Shown: piece after piece, positions 35,421 through 48,593 of the stretch
How the letters are laid out: each line of letters starts with the position of its first letter
Position numbering within the stretch: position 1 is the stretch's first letter
UHGV virus genome: UHGV-1371021
Length of the DNA stretch: 48,593 nucleotides
DNA from: a virus
Direction: 5' to 3' (one strand)
Made by a program: the position numbers and the translations under genes
Notes under the pieces: model-generated
Seen by the model: only the letters and a program-made list of their open reading frames with translations
Database searches by the model: none
What the model was told of the DNA's origin: nothing

Positions 35421-36137
35421 ATGCAAAACATGATCAATCGCACGCCACTAACAGAAATCGGAGAGATGCGCATCTCGCTTTCTGACAGGAGTTTTTTCTT
35501 TAAGCCATCATTCCGCGCTATGAATGAAATCGGCACACCAAAAGAAATCGTCGAGGTGTACGCCAGGCTCAATGGCATTGATTATGTTGCGCCATTGCAG
35601 CACGTCGAATACCTGCCATTTGGCGCGCAGATGCAGGTCATGAAGACCATCAGCAAGCCTGTGTATGGTCGACATGTGCTGAGCGCAGCATATATCGTAA
35701 TGCAGTCATGCTGTGAGGATGATATTTCTGTGCTGATTGGTGGATGGAAACCAACACCACGCGGTGTGCGATACGTTCCAGGAATTATGCCAGTGAGCGA
35801 CATTATTATTATTGCGCGCAATCTGATGCAGCACGGCATCATTGGCAAGTCACCACTCAAAGTCCCTGAACGTCTGGAAGAGCAGGGCAAGAAAACAACA
35901 AACGAATTTCATGCGTCGCAATACATCATCTCAGCACGCACGCATTTCGACATGACGCGCGATGAGGCCGAAAGCCTGTCTATGACAGAGTTTCAGATGA
36001 TGATTAAGAATAAATATCCAGAGCCGAAAGGGTTAACGAAAGAAGAACGCGCGGCAGAGTACGATCAGGCTAAAGCAGACCGCGAGCGCATGAAGGCACT
36101 GGCTGAACGCAAAGCGAAAAAAGCGAGGAATACATAA
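35421..36137 (+). CDS. putative tail assembly chaperone (238 aa)
   Basis: Position immediately upstream of the tape measure, TAATG-coupled. No separate frameshift partner is evident. Confidence 0.5.
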   Translation: MQNMINRTPLTEIGEMRISLSDRSFFFKPSFRAMNEIGTPKEIVEVYARLNGIDYVAPLQHVEYLPFGAQMQVMKTISKPVYGRHVLSAAYIVMQSCCEDDISVLIGGWKPTPRGVRYVPGIMPVSDIIIIARNLMQHGIIGKSPLKVPERLEEQGKKTTNEFHASQYIISARTHFDMTRDEAESLSMTEFQMMIKNKYPEPKGLTKEERAAEYDQAKADRERMKALAERKAKKARNT

Positions 36138-38478
36138 TGACTGAAGAAGTCGGCGGAATTGTCTATGAAGTCGGGATGGATGTTGAGGGGCTAAAAAAAG
36201 GCACGCAACGCGCGAGAGATGAATTTGGACGATTCGTTAAATCAGGAACGTCAGCAACAGATACACTTAATGGCGTTGATAACGCAGCAAAGAAAACTGG
36301 CAAAACATTTGGCGGGCTGTCTGGCTCTGTTTCTGGTTTAAAAACGCAGATGACAGCTCTTGCTGGCGCAATATCCGTGTCACTGATTATCGAATGGGGC
36401 AAGCGATTCCTTGAGGTTGCTGATAACATGACGCAGCTTCAGGCAAGGATTGCTCGACTGTCAACTGACGCGAAAACCGCTAACGAAACATTCAGTACAC
36501 TGGCAAACATTGCCTCAACCACTGGCGCAAGCCTCAGCGACACCACGAAGCTATGGGAAACATTGACGTCTTCACTGAAAGATGCTGGCGCGACAAATGC
36601 GCAGGTTCTGAACCTTACCGATACCCTGCAAAAAATAGGTCGAATCGGAGGGTCATCAACCGAAGAAATGGCGAACGCATTACGTCAGTTCGGTCAGTCA
36701 ATCGCATCTGGCACAATCCGTGCGGAAGAGTTCAACTCCATCCTTGAGCAGATGCCTGAACTTGCTCGCCAGATAGCGGCAGGTCTTGGCATTTCAATGG
36801 GTGAACTTCGCGCCAGAATGCTTGACGGAAAACTGACGGCAGAAGATGCCCTGAACGCTATTCAGGACAGAACAAGCGTCGTCAATGCTGAGTTTGAAAA
36901 ACTTCCTCGCACAATGGATCAGGCCGTTGGCTCTCTTGAAGTTTCATTCTCCAAACTTGTGGTTGCCGTTAACGATGCCACTGGTGCATCAAAAACAGCA
37001 GTAGAGATTATCGACCAACTGGCAAAATACATTGATTTCCTCGGTGACAAATCAACCAGCACAAGCGACAAGATTTTGTCTCTCGCCACGGTTATCTCGA
37101 AGTTAAATCCAGGTGCATGGGCGCAGATGGGAGTCGATGCGCTTTTTGGTGATGATGATATTGAAAAGCAAAAGCAATATAACGATCAGGTTGAGCGATT
37201 CGTTAAGGCTTCAAAAGAAGGTTACGAGCAGACAAAAAAACAGGCTGAAGCAACAAAACACCTGAAAATTGCACAAGCACCAACCAAGGACAAAAAAGGC
37301 AAAGGAAAGGGCAAAAGCGCCGAAGAACGACAAGCTGAATCGGTAGCTGAAAAGCTGGAGAAATTACGCCAGCAAACCATGCTCAATGCCACATCCACCA
37401 GTGAACTCTCCCGCGAGCAAGCCATCCTCAACGCGCAGCAATCGCTTGGCAAGGCTGCCACTCAGGAGCAAATAAAACTGGCTGGCGAGTACGCTGCGAA
37501 GATTTGGGACCAGAAAAACGCACTGAAGGAACAGGCAGCTGCGGAGAAGAAAAGAATAGATGCCGTAAAAGGGTACAGCGCACTAAAATCGCAAGCATCA
37601 CCAATGTTTGCTGTAGAAACATCTTATCAGAAGGATATGGCTGATTTGGATGCTTATGCCAAGGCGTACCCGCAAAAAATGGCAGAGATACAGCAAACCA
37701 GAGCCACCATTGAAGAACAATACAGACAAAAACGACTTGATGCCATGTGGCAGGAGTGGAGTCAGCAAAACGCAGCCACACAAGCGGCGGCGGCGGCGTT
37801 TGATGCTTTCGGGCAGGCCGCTGGAAACGCGTTAACCGGCATTCTCACTGGCTCAATGTCTGTATCAGAGGCGTTGCGATCAATTGGTTCAAATATTCTG
37901 TCCAGTGTTATCAATGCTTTTGTGCAAATGGGTATAGACTGGGCCAAGTCAGCCATCATTGGTGCAGCAGGAATGAGCGCAGCTTCTGCGGCGACAATAG
38001 CTCAGGCGGCAGCGATATCGGCGGCGATGGCTCCAGCAGCAGCAATGACATCTCTTGCAACTGCTGGCACAAACTCCGCGCCCGCTATGGCTGGCATATC
38101 TGCAACAGTTGGTCTTGCAAAAACGCTATCCATTGCTGGCGCGCTGAAAAATGGCGGACCAGCTCAGGAAGGCTCAATGTACAGGGTTGGCGAGAATAAC
38201 CTCCCTGAGATATTCCAGGCATCAAACGGTCATCAGTACATGATACCGGGCGATAGCGGTCGTGTTATCAGCAATAAAGACCTTACCGGAAGTAGCGGTG
38301 GTGTCGTGGTTTATAATAGCATCATCAATAACAGCTCAGCGCAGGTTAGCAGCAGCGCCAGAGATAATGGTGACGGCAGCGTGACGATTGAGACTATCGT
38401 TAGTGACATAGAAAACAACGGCCCCATTGGGCAAAGCATTAGCCGCAACTACTCAGCAAACCGGAGAGCAACCGAATA

Positions 38479-38479
<1 letters not shown>
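36137..38479 (+). CDS. tail tape measure protein
   Basis: 780 aa, Ala/Gln/Lys-rich with a long alpha-helical region. Position after the chaperone. Confidence 0.85.
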
Positions 38480-42280
<3,801 letters not shown>

Positions 42281-42319
42281 TACAATATACATCAAATTCA
42301 CAAAGGAGCATTTATTATA

Positions 42320-44464
42320 ATGGCTACCACACCAACCAATAAACCAATTCCGTCAGAAGACCCGCGAGACCTGAGGTTTAATGCCGGTAAGATTGATGAG
42401 GTTGTAACATCTGACGCTCACTACTACACAGATCGTTTCGGTGTGCGCCGATGGACGATTGCTGGATTTCAGTATACGGCAGAAGAAGCTATCCGGAACT
42501 ATGGGTATATCACTTTAAAGAGCTTCCAGCTTGGCGCACCACTTCCTAACAATGAATTAACTATTCCAAATCAGGTTTTGCAGGATGAAACCAATGGAGA
42601 GTATTACCGATGGGATGGACCATTTCCTAAAGCCGTTCCTGCTGGCTCAACCCCCGGAACTTCTGGTGGCATTGGTTTAGGAGCGTGGGTTAGTGTTGGT
42701 GACGCTTCATTAAGGAGCAACCTAATTGATTCATCGCAAGGAAATGGTTCGTCACTTATAACATTCAATTCAGGAATTGGGTCAAGATTGTTATCTGACA
42801 AGCTAGGTGACATTTATACCGCAAAAGACGCTGGTATTACTGGTGATGGCTCCGATGAAACCAGTAAACTTCTAAACTTAATTAACAACAGAGAAGGTAG
42901 AACTATTGATTTACAGGGACTGACTATATCTTTCACTGGCATATCTCTGACACTTACAGAAAATCTTCATGTAAAAAATGGGGTACTTAACTACATTGGT
43001 ACAGATACTGCATTTGCATTGAAAATAAACACGTCTGCTAAGGTTGCGCTGGAGTCGATAAAACTCGATGGTGCAAGCGTTGCAGCAAAGGGTTTATTCA
43101 TGAATGCTACAGCAACAACCGCAAGCCTGTATGTAAGTGGGTATTCTGGTTTCAATTTTAGGGAAACAACAACTGGTTTGGCTGCAGGTTTGTATGCTAC
43201 CGCAGATGCATCAATGTATTGGGATGAAATAATCTTAGATAACATCCGTATCCAGGACGTAACAAACGCGGGAACCGGTACTAACGTAGGGCGCGGTGTC
43301 ATGGTACAAAACTTTAAATACTGTATCGCCACTCGTCTCGACGTCAGGCGTGTCGCGCCTTATCAGGATGCAGATGGTATTTATGCCTCATCGCCCAACT
43401 ATCCTGAGGCGGTATTCATATGTGGTGGTTCATACTTTGAAGACTGCCAGAAACGTGGTGTTAAATCACAAATAATGAACTCACGTGTTTTTGATATAGT
43501 GGAACGAAGAACGCAAGCGTTTGCCGTGGGGGCTGGGCAGTCCGCAGTAGACTTACAAGCTGGTGGATCACTTGATGGGTTGACGTGTTTTTATGCAGAC
43601 GGTGCAGCTCCTCAGTCAATTGTGTCTGGTGGACTTATCTCAGGGGTTACCACCTTTAAAGGAATAAGCCTACGCAATGTTGATATAAACTGCGAAGACC
43701 CCACTGATGTAATACCTCGTTTAGTATCTTTTTTTAATAATTCATCTTCAACCTACGACGGGTATGTGGCCGAGAATATTAAATGTAATTGCCTTATAGA
43801 GAACTTGGGTTACTTATACAGCAACACTGGTAACTCATCTCCTTCCGCATATATATTTAAGGAGGTTATTTTCCGAAATATACAAGCATCTGGCATGGCT
43901 TCAACCTCAGCTACCGCAGTAGTGCAGATCAGTCGCGGCACATCCCAGTATGTAAAGGCCATTGTACGGGTGCAAAATTGTAATTTAGGCGACGGGACCA
44001 CGGAACCTGTATACTATCTGGACCCAGCTCCTGGGACCACTTCACTACTTGAGGTGCTATTCAGACAGATTGACAACTGTAGAGGGTTCAACACAAAGGA
44101 AATCTCCAATACGGATACATCAGCCAGAATATATGTAAAAACACTTGACATAGCTGAAAACTCATCAGGACAAATTACTATTCCGGTAACAACGGAGGTT
44201 GGTCGCACTTCCTTAAAAATATTGGCCATGTATAACAGCAGTCGAGATTCTTCAACAGCAAAACTATTTACAGAGGGGGTGTTTATGCAAGGAAACACAA
44301 CTTCATATTATATTGAGTCAGCGGCGGGGGTTAAGTCAAATACCAATACAGGAGATATATCAATAACAGCCTCAAACTCAAGCATCACTGTTTCAAAAAC
44401 AGCTGGAACAACAAGTGCAGGGGGGAGGTTAACGGTAATAATAACTCACTTGAGTTCAATTTAA
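42320..44464 (+). CDS. tail fiber / tailspike with a beta-helix C-terminal domain (714 aa)
   Basis: Conserved fibre N-terminal ~140 aa. C-terminal part is rich in N/S/T/G/I repeats, typical of parallel beta-helix depolymerase-type spikes. AAAGGAG RBS. Confidence 0.7.
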   Translation: MATTPTNKPIPSEDPRDLRFNAGKIDEVVTSDAHYYTDRFGVRRWTIAGFQYTAEEAIRNYGYITLKSFQLGAPLPNNELTIPNQVLQDETNGEYYRWDGPFPKAVPAGSTPGTSGGIGLGAWVSVGDASLRSNLIDSSQGNGSSLITFNSGIGSRLLSDKLGDIYTAKDAGITGDGSDETSKLLNLINNREGRTIDLQGLTISFTGISLTLTENLHVKNGVLNYIGTDTAFALKINTSAKVALESIKLDGASVAAKGLFMNATATTASLYVSGYSGFNFRETTTGLAAGLYATADASMYWDEIILDNIRIQDVTNAGTGTNVGRGVMVQNFKYCIATRLDVRRVAPYQDADGIYASSPNYPEAVFICGGSYFEDCQKRGVKSQIMNSRVFDIVERRTQAFAVGAGQSAVDLQAGGSLDGLTCFYADGAAPQSIVSGGLISGVTTFKGISLRNVDINCEDPTDVIPRLVSFFNNSSSTYDGYVAENIKCNCLIENLGYLYSNTGNSSPSAYIFKEVIFRNIQASGMASTSATAVVQISRGTSQYVKAIVRVQNCNLGDGTTEPVYYLDPAPGTTSLLEVLFRQIDNCRGFNTKEISNTDTSARIYVKTLDIAENSSGQITIPVTTEVGRTSLKILAMYNSSRDSSTAKLFTEGVFMQGNTTSYYIESAAGVKSNTNTGDISITASNSSITVSKTAGTTSAGGRLTVIITHLSSI

Positions 44465-44479
44465 TTTACATAACAAACA

Positions 44480-44523
44480 CACCATGCAAAATAAACATTT
44501 TGCATGGTGATAACAAATGTTAT
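44480..44523. repeat. two adjacent perfect palindromes (13-bp-arm hairpin CACCATGCAAAAT-aaac-ATTTTGCATGGTG, then ATAACA-aa-TGTTAT)
   Basis: Exact inverted repeats between the convergent tail fibre and SSB genes. Possible bidirectional terminator or protein-binding site. Confidence 0.5.
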
Positions 44524-44575
44524 TGGTTCACACGATGCCCTATGAGCGCTTGCGGAATTTTAAATAAATCACCAT

Positions 44576-45058
44576 TTAGAACGGAATATCGTCATCAAAA
44601 TCCATCGGAGGCTCATTTCCTCCTTGTGGGCTTTGTTGTGTTGGTGGCTGTTGTTGTCGTTGCGTTTGTTTCCCTGATTGCTGGCGTTGTTGCTTACCAG
44701 AATCTTCGCGTTTACCTCCAAGCATCTGCATAACACCGCCCATCTGCGGAATGACAATCTCCGTTGTATATCGGTCTACGCCGTTGCTGTCAGTCCATTT
44801 ACGAGTGCGAAGCTGACCTTCGATATAAACCTGAGAACCTTTTCGAAGGTATTCTCCTGCAACTTCTGCAAGTTTCCCGAAGATGACTACGCGATGCCAT
44901 TCAGTCTGCTCTTTCTTTTCTCCTGTTTGTTTGTCTTTCCACTGCTCAGATGTTGCAACGGAAAGGTTGGCAATCGCAGAGCCTGATGCAGAATATTTAA
45001 CTTCCGGGTCGTTACCGAGAGTTCCGACAATAATTACTTTATTTACGCCGCGTGCCAT
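44576..45058 (-). CDS. ssb: single-stranded DNA-binding protein
   Basis: OB-fold N-terminus [19 protein letters not shown]..., Gln/Gly-rich linker, acidic C-terminal tail DFDDDIPF. Confidence 0.9.
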   Translation of the reverse strand: MARGVNKVIIVGTLGNDPEVKYSASGSAIANLSVATSEQWKDKQTGEKKEQTEWHRVVIFGKLAEVAGEYLRKGSQVYIEGQLRTRKWTDSNGVDRYTTEIVIPQMGGVMQMLGGKREDSGKQQRQQSGKQTQRQQQPPTQQSPQGGNEPPMDFDDDIPF

Positions 45059-45061
45059 TTA

Positions 45062-46102
45062 TTAAAATCCTTCAATTGGAGTTGGTTTATGTTCGGTTTT
45101 TGCTTCTTCCTGCTGTTCTGGCTGATGATGTTTAGGTTTAGCCAGTTTTGCAGGGTCGAAATTATCCTGCGGAGTTATTACCACAGGAGATAATTGCTCA
45201 TCGTTTATGAAAGACTCAATGCGATCGTATTCAGCAGCCGAAGCAGCCAGAGAAGGCCAGATTGCGCGAATCTTATCTTTCAGGTTGTCAGGTATTGATT
45301 TTGCTTCTTCCTTCAAGCCTTCCATGCCTTTTGCGGCGGAAAGCTGAAGTCGTGATCGCCATGACTCAAACTCTTCATCAACTTTGACGCCAGAATCTAC
45401 CCATTTAATTAAACCTCGTCCATGTGCTTCACCGATATATCCGTGGTGCTGGCTATCACGACCTGATTCGAAAAAGATAGGGCGCAATTCTTCTGGCAGT
45501 TTCGTGAAGTCCTGAACCTTACCGTTATCATACATCATCATGCTAACCGTCATTTCGAACATGAAATCTTTTTCGCATACCGGATGCAGCCCAAGCGGCA
45601 TTGGGTCTTTCGGGTTACTGAAGTCAGTTTTGTTTCGCGCGCGCAGACAGACAATTATATGCATGTTGCTCTGCAATAGCGCACTCATGAACTTTTTGTG
45701 CTCGGCTTTGGCGCGCTTCCAGTCTGCCATCTTCTTGCCATTAAGTAGAGGCTGGTCAGCGATATCTGAACAACCGCCTTCGCCTTCCCATTCATGAGAG
45801 CCAGAGTCTATTACCAGCACCTTAACTCCAGCCTTCTGAAACTCTTCGATAGCCTGACGATAGCGAGCAGGGCTGAATGGCGCATACAGGTCTGCATGCA
45901 GGAAATTACCATCAAGGATATTTGAATACAGTCGACCACGCCCATTTTCAGTGTCGAGAAATCCAATCTCTGATGGAGAGTCAACCATTCCACGCGCCAG
46001 TTTAAGTGCGCTATATGTTTTCCCGCTACCAGACTGACCGGAGATACCAATTACCACACGAGAACCTGAGCGCTCTGCGGGTTTGATGTTAAGGATGCTC
46101 AT
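45062..46102 (-). CDS. RecA-fold P-loop ATPase, Sak4-like recombination protein (346 aa)
   Basis: Walker A GISGQSGSGKT. Located between the exonuclease and SSB genes. Confidence 0.55.
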   Translation of the reverse strand: MSILNIKPAERSGSRVVIGISGQSGSGKTYSALKLARGMVDSPSEIGFLDTENGRGRLYSNILDGNFLHADLYAPFSPARYRQAIEEFQKAGVKVLVIDSGSHEWEGEGGCSDIADQPLLNGKKMADWKRAKAEHKKFMSALLQSNMHIIVCLRARNKTDFSNPKDPMPLGLHPVCEKDFMFEMTVSMMMYDNGKVQDFTKLPEELRPIFFESGRDSQHHGYIGEAHGRGLIKWVDSGVKVDEEFESWRSRLQLSAAKGMEGLKEEAKSIPDNLKDKIRAIWPSLAASAAEYDRIESFINDEQLSPVVITPQDNFDPAKLAKPKHHQPEQQEEAKTEHKPTPIEGF

Positions 46103-46374
46103 TTTTTATTCCTCTCAGATAACATAGCGTCAGCATACTCATAATTCATCAACGCCCAGGTACCATAAAAAACCTTACGCGTTAAATCGTCAGCCATATC
46201 AGGATTGTCATCACCATAAACCTTTTTAACCTGTTCGAAGGTGATTGGTGATTTTGATGCAAAAAAATCACGTAATGACATACCTTCCTGCCCTAATTTT
46301 TCAAATCCTTTGTCATACCCATTGGCCTGATAATCTTCTCTTGGGAATGCTGGCCCACCTGTTTCTTTGCTCAT
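46099..46374 (-). CDS. hypothetical protein (91 aa)
   Basis: ATGA-coupled ORF. Confidence 0.5.
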   Translation of the reverse strand: MSKETGGPAFPREDYQANGYDKGFEKLGQEGMSLRDFFASKSPITFEQVKKVYGDDNPDMADDLTRKVFYGTWALMNYEYADAMLSERNKK

Positions 46375-46390
46375 TTCATCACCTCATTTA

Positions 46391-47347
46391 CTATAAATTA
46401 AACTGCTTCTTGAACCATTCCGGCGTTTCCATTTCGATTACCGGATTACCCATTGAGTAGCCAGGCCATGAATTGGCTTTTTTGCACGCCTTATAGATTT
46501 CCATTGCGCTGCGCAACTGAATTCGGCCAATGTGTAATTGCTCATCAGTCAGGCGAACCAGAGCCGGTATAAACGGTGCTTTCTTCTCCTGAATCAGCAG
46601 GTTTACCGAACGTGGCGGCTTCCCATATGCGGCTACAAACATGTCGTGCTGCATTGCCATTTTCATGAAGTAACCGAGTCTCGCAGCATGGCGAAAAAAT
46701 TCATCAGGTTTTGCGCTGACAGTTGTTTTGTAGTCGATGATATCACCGCCTTTTGTCAGGCAGTCAAATCGAACCTTGGATGATTCTCCATTCAACTCAC
46801 CGAGAATTGATACCTCAGCATGAGCGCCAGCAAGAAGGCTGCTGTAATAGCTGTTTGCGTGGATTACAGCGCGCATTTGCTGAATGGCATCATAATCATT
46901 ACCTTCCAGCATCTGTTTACCAGTCGCTGCTTTTTCAGCTTCCTCACGGATAACATCATAAATCTTTACTTGCTCGCCAGTTGCCTGGATTATTTTAATC
47001 ACCTCATCTTTAGTCTTTCCTGACAGCCCTTTGATGCCGCGCTCTTTCGCCCATGAGTTCATGTCTGAAGTCGTTACCAGCACAGTGCGATTACCATCCT
47101 TGTCTTTTGGAAAATCGTCCACAACTGGCATGCGCGCATATTCAGCTTCGAATCTCTCAGGCTCAAGCAGAGCTGTATGGCTTCCGGTTCCGAATACAAG
47201 AGCCTTTGATTGCTCATCTTCTTCGTCTTTGTAGCGCCAGGCTGCTGGGCATCTGTCGTAAATGTTCCACAGACCAGAGCCGTTGATGTGCTCAGTGTCT
47301 GCGTGGTACTGGTCATTACTGAGTTCGTTGTTTAGGTAGACTTTCAT
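46391..47347 (-). CDS. PD-(D/E)XK exonuclease (lambda Exo/RecE/YqaJ-type)
   Basis: RFDCLTKGGDIIDYKTT is a D...(D/E)xK nuclease motif. Recombination gene neighbourhood. Confidence 0.6.
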   Translation of the reverse strand: MKVYLNNELSNDQYHADTEHINGSGLWNIYDRCPAAWRYKDEEDEQSKALVFGTGSHTALLEPERFEAEYARMPVVDDFPKDKDGNRTVLVTTSDMNSWAKERGIKGLSGKTKDEVIKIIQATGEQVKIYDVIREEAEKAATGKQMLEGNDYDAIQQMRAVIHANSYYSSLLAGAHAEVSILGELNGESSKVRFDCLTKGGDIIDYKTTVSAKPDEFFRHAARLGYFMKMAMQHDMFVAAYGKPPRSVNLLIQEKKAPFIPALVRLTDEQLHIGRIQLRSAMEIYKACKKANSWPGYSMGNPVIEMETPEWFKKQFNL

Positions 47348-47349
47348 TG

Positions 47350-47688
47350 TTATTTTCCTAATGCTTTTTTGATTGCCGACTCTGCTTTTTCTTTTCCGAT
47401 TTCAACATCCATCAATGTTCCATCACGCAGTGCCATTAACAACCACTGGCAAGCATCAAGTAATTCAGGTGCTGCTGCCATTAAATTAAAGTCATGCTCA
47501 ACGCTACAATCCATAGCCCAATAAGTGCCATTAAATTTTGCGTTTTTATTTGAGTATGCAATGTTTCTATCATCATCAAAGTGACAACCAGGAGTTTCAT
47601 CGCACCTGCATTTTGGGTAAATTGCCGCACAACCGCCACGAATATCAGCAAACCACGGTCCTTTTGTACCTTTAAATTCATTTTCCAT
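47350..47688 (-). CDS. hypothetical Cys-rich protein (112 aa), paralogue of 28705..29076
   Basis: MENEFKGTKGPW...AAAPELLDA...AIKKALGK. Start at ATG 47688, 6 nt after GAGGTG in the conserved leader. The track start at 47697 is in frame. Confidence 0.55.
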   Translation of the reverse strand: MENEFKGTKGPWFADIRGGCAAIYPKCRCDETPGCHFDDDRNIAYSNKNAKFNGTYWAMDCSVEHDFNLMAAAPELLDACQWLLMALRDGTLMDVEIGKEKAESAIKKALGK

Positions 47689-47718
47689 CTTCATCACCTC
47701 ACTATTTATCGTTAAATG

Positions 47719-47747
47719 AATCTACATCAATCTACATCATTCATCAA
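47719..47747 (-). promoter_or_regulatory. leftward promoter TTGATG-N17-TAGATT driving the recombination operon
   Basis: Tandem GATGTAGATT copies. 17-bp spacing. About 25 nt upstream of ATG 47688. Confidence 0.55.
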
Positions 47748-48168
47748 GTCCAAAGTAGAATAAAGTCGCTTTTTTTATTTGCTCAAGCCCTCCAGCAACC
47801 GCAGCAAATGCGCCGGATTCCGCGCTTCTATTGAGAAATGGTATCTGCCCAGGTTGCCACTCGCTAAGGTTTGTATCATGCCGCTTCAGCTCAATAGTGG
47901 CCTTGTGCCAGTTAATTCCTGGTGTAAGTATCACCACGTCAGACACGCCAGAAAGGACTCCCTTCCTTCGTCTGCTTTCAAGGTATTGCGGAGTTGGCTT
48001 CCTTGTCTCGTTTGGTGTGTGAAACCAAAGAACATCCGGTAACTTATGATTCATCCACATCCAGTAACCTATCAGATCAGTATCCTCATGTGGACAATCT
48101 CCGTGATACTCATCATCAAAGATAAATACCGCATCACTCAATTCATGCTGCTTGAATTTTTTCTTCAT
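47737..48168 (-). CDS. VRR-NUC domain nuclease (143 aa)
   Basis: KGVLSGVSDVVILTPG..WHKATIELKRHD...S..Q fits the VRR-NUC (PD-(D/E)XK) pattern. Confidence 0.7.
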   Translation of the reverse strand: MKKKFKQHELSDAVFIFDDEYHGDCPHEDTDLIGYWMWMNHKLPDVLWFHTPNETRKPTPQYLESRRRKGVLSGVSDVVILTPGINWHKATIELKRHDTNLSEWQPGQIPFLNRSAESGAFAAVAGGLEQIKKATLFYFGLDE

Positions 48169-48593
48169 TCACTTCACCCAAAAAATCCTTCCTGTGAATA
48201 ATGTCACGGCCTTTATCATTAATTCGATGCGTGATACGTTTTGGCGCACGAATCAACGCAGCGTACATCATGAACGTTTTCGCGTTTTGGCAATCCATCA
48301 TCTTTTTCATCATGGATTTATCTGCCAGGTGCGGAAGTAGCGCTTTCATTTTAAACATATCCCGCAGATGCTTTGGCTTTCCACCAAACGGATAGAACAC
48401 TTCATTGGCCCATCCCTTTTTGCCATTGGATTTCATGCAGAAATAGCGATAAAGAATGCCATCGCTATCTTTGGTTAATTCAACCTTGAAATCTTCAACA
48501 TCAGTCCATTCATTGTCGGTATATGCTCGCTCATTGAGTGCTGCGTTTGGGTCACGCAGAACATGATCGCAATGACGACAATAACGAGCTGTC
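48143..48593 (-). CDS. C-terminal 150 codons of the SF2 helicase, continuous in frame with 1..1503 across the window junction
   Basis: Reverse strand is open from 48593 down to the stop at 48143..48145. The codon ccg is formed by positions 2, 1 and 48593. Additional CxxC/CxHC zinc-ribbon motifs (RYCRHCDH). Same frame as the track ORF at 48143..48436. Confidence 0.75.
   Translation of the reverse strand, partial: TARYCRHCDHVLRDPNAALNERAYTDNEWTDVEDFKVELTKDSDGILYRYFCMKSNGKKGWANEVFYPFGGKPKHLRDMFKMKALLPHLADKSMMKKMMDCQNAKTFMMYAALIRAPKRITHRINDKGRDIIHRKDFLGEVNEEKIQAA

Noticed and set aside
36121-36127. AAAAAAG slippery heptamer as a -1 frameshift site for a G/GT-type tail chaperone
   Set aside because: It is four codons before the stop and overlaps the tape-measure start. 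A frameshift product would not differ meaningfully.
44500-44986. Plus-strand ORFs 44500..44733 and 44678..44986, and minus-strand 44569..44757, overlapping ssb
   Set aside because: They overlap the canonical SSB gene in other frames and are artefacts of its Gln/Gly-rich repeat region.

Overview
The window reads as one complete double-stranded DNA tailed-phage genome (siphovirus-like, about 48.6 kb) that has been circularly permuted. A minus-strand SF2 helicase ORF runs off position 1 and continues in the same frame from position 48593 down to a stop at 48143. So the two window ends are adjacent in the real genome.

Genes I can support from the sequence:
- Replication: SF2 helicase with C-terminal zinc ribbons, a VRR-NUC nuclease, a zinc-ribbon primase, a DUF3987-like protein and a stand-alone AP2-domain protein.
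- Recombination: SSB, a Sak4-like ATPase and a lambda-Exo/RecE-type PD-(D/E)XK exonuclease.
- Packaging and head: small and large terminase, portal, a Mu-F/SPP1-gp7-like head morphogenesis protein, a lambda C/Nu3-style protease-scaffold, a decoration-like protein and a major capsid protein.
- Tail (lambda-like): major tail protein with a C-terminal Ig-like domain, assembly chaperone, tape measure, two minor tail proteins, a K-like NlpC/P60 protein, an I/J-like tip protein and a beta-helix tail fiber or spike.
- Lysis: a lambda R-type endolysin, a putative 2-TM holin, Rz and an embedded Rz1 lipoprotein.
- RNA genes: tRNA-Arg(TCT) and tRNA-Ser(GCT) on the minus strand, next to an HNH_3+AP2 homing endonuclease that is split by a frameshift.
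- Many small early ORFs, including a Lar-family restriction-alleviation protein.

I found no integrase, no repressor, no CRISPR array and no IS element, so the phage is probably virulent.

Observations outside routine annotation:
- Several leftward accessory operons are inserted antisense into the rightward late-gene module. Each starts from a near-consensus sigma70 promoter carrying a recurrent GTAGAT/ATCTACGTCA motif.
- Three of these operons begin with an identical 15-mer translation-initiation sequence, GAGGTGATGAAGATG.
- One of these operons encodes a ParB-like protein together with a truncated DnaN beta-clamp homologue (domains II-III only) and an acidic 74-aa protein. I consider this the best candidate for an undescribed host-takeover or anti-defence module.
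- An AT-rich region is flanked by two perfect 25-bp palindromes and further CCCCACG repeats. It sits between divergent early promoters next to the replication genes, which suggests an origin or operator.
- Other points of interest are an HslV/proteasome-like Ntn hydrolase, a 126-bp element bounded by two bidirectional terminators, and a 430-bp ORF-free leader upstream of the tRNAs.
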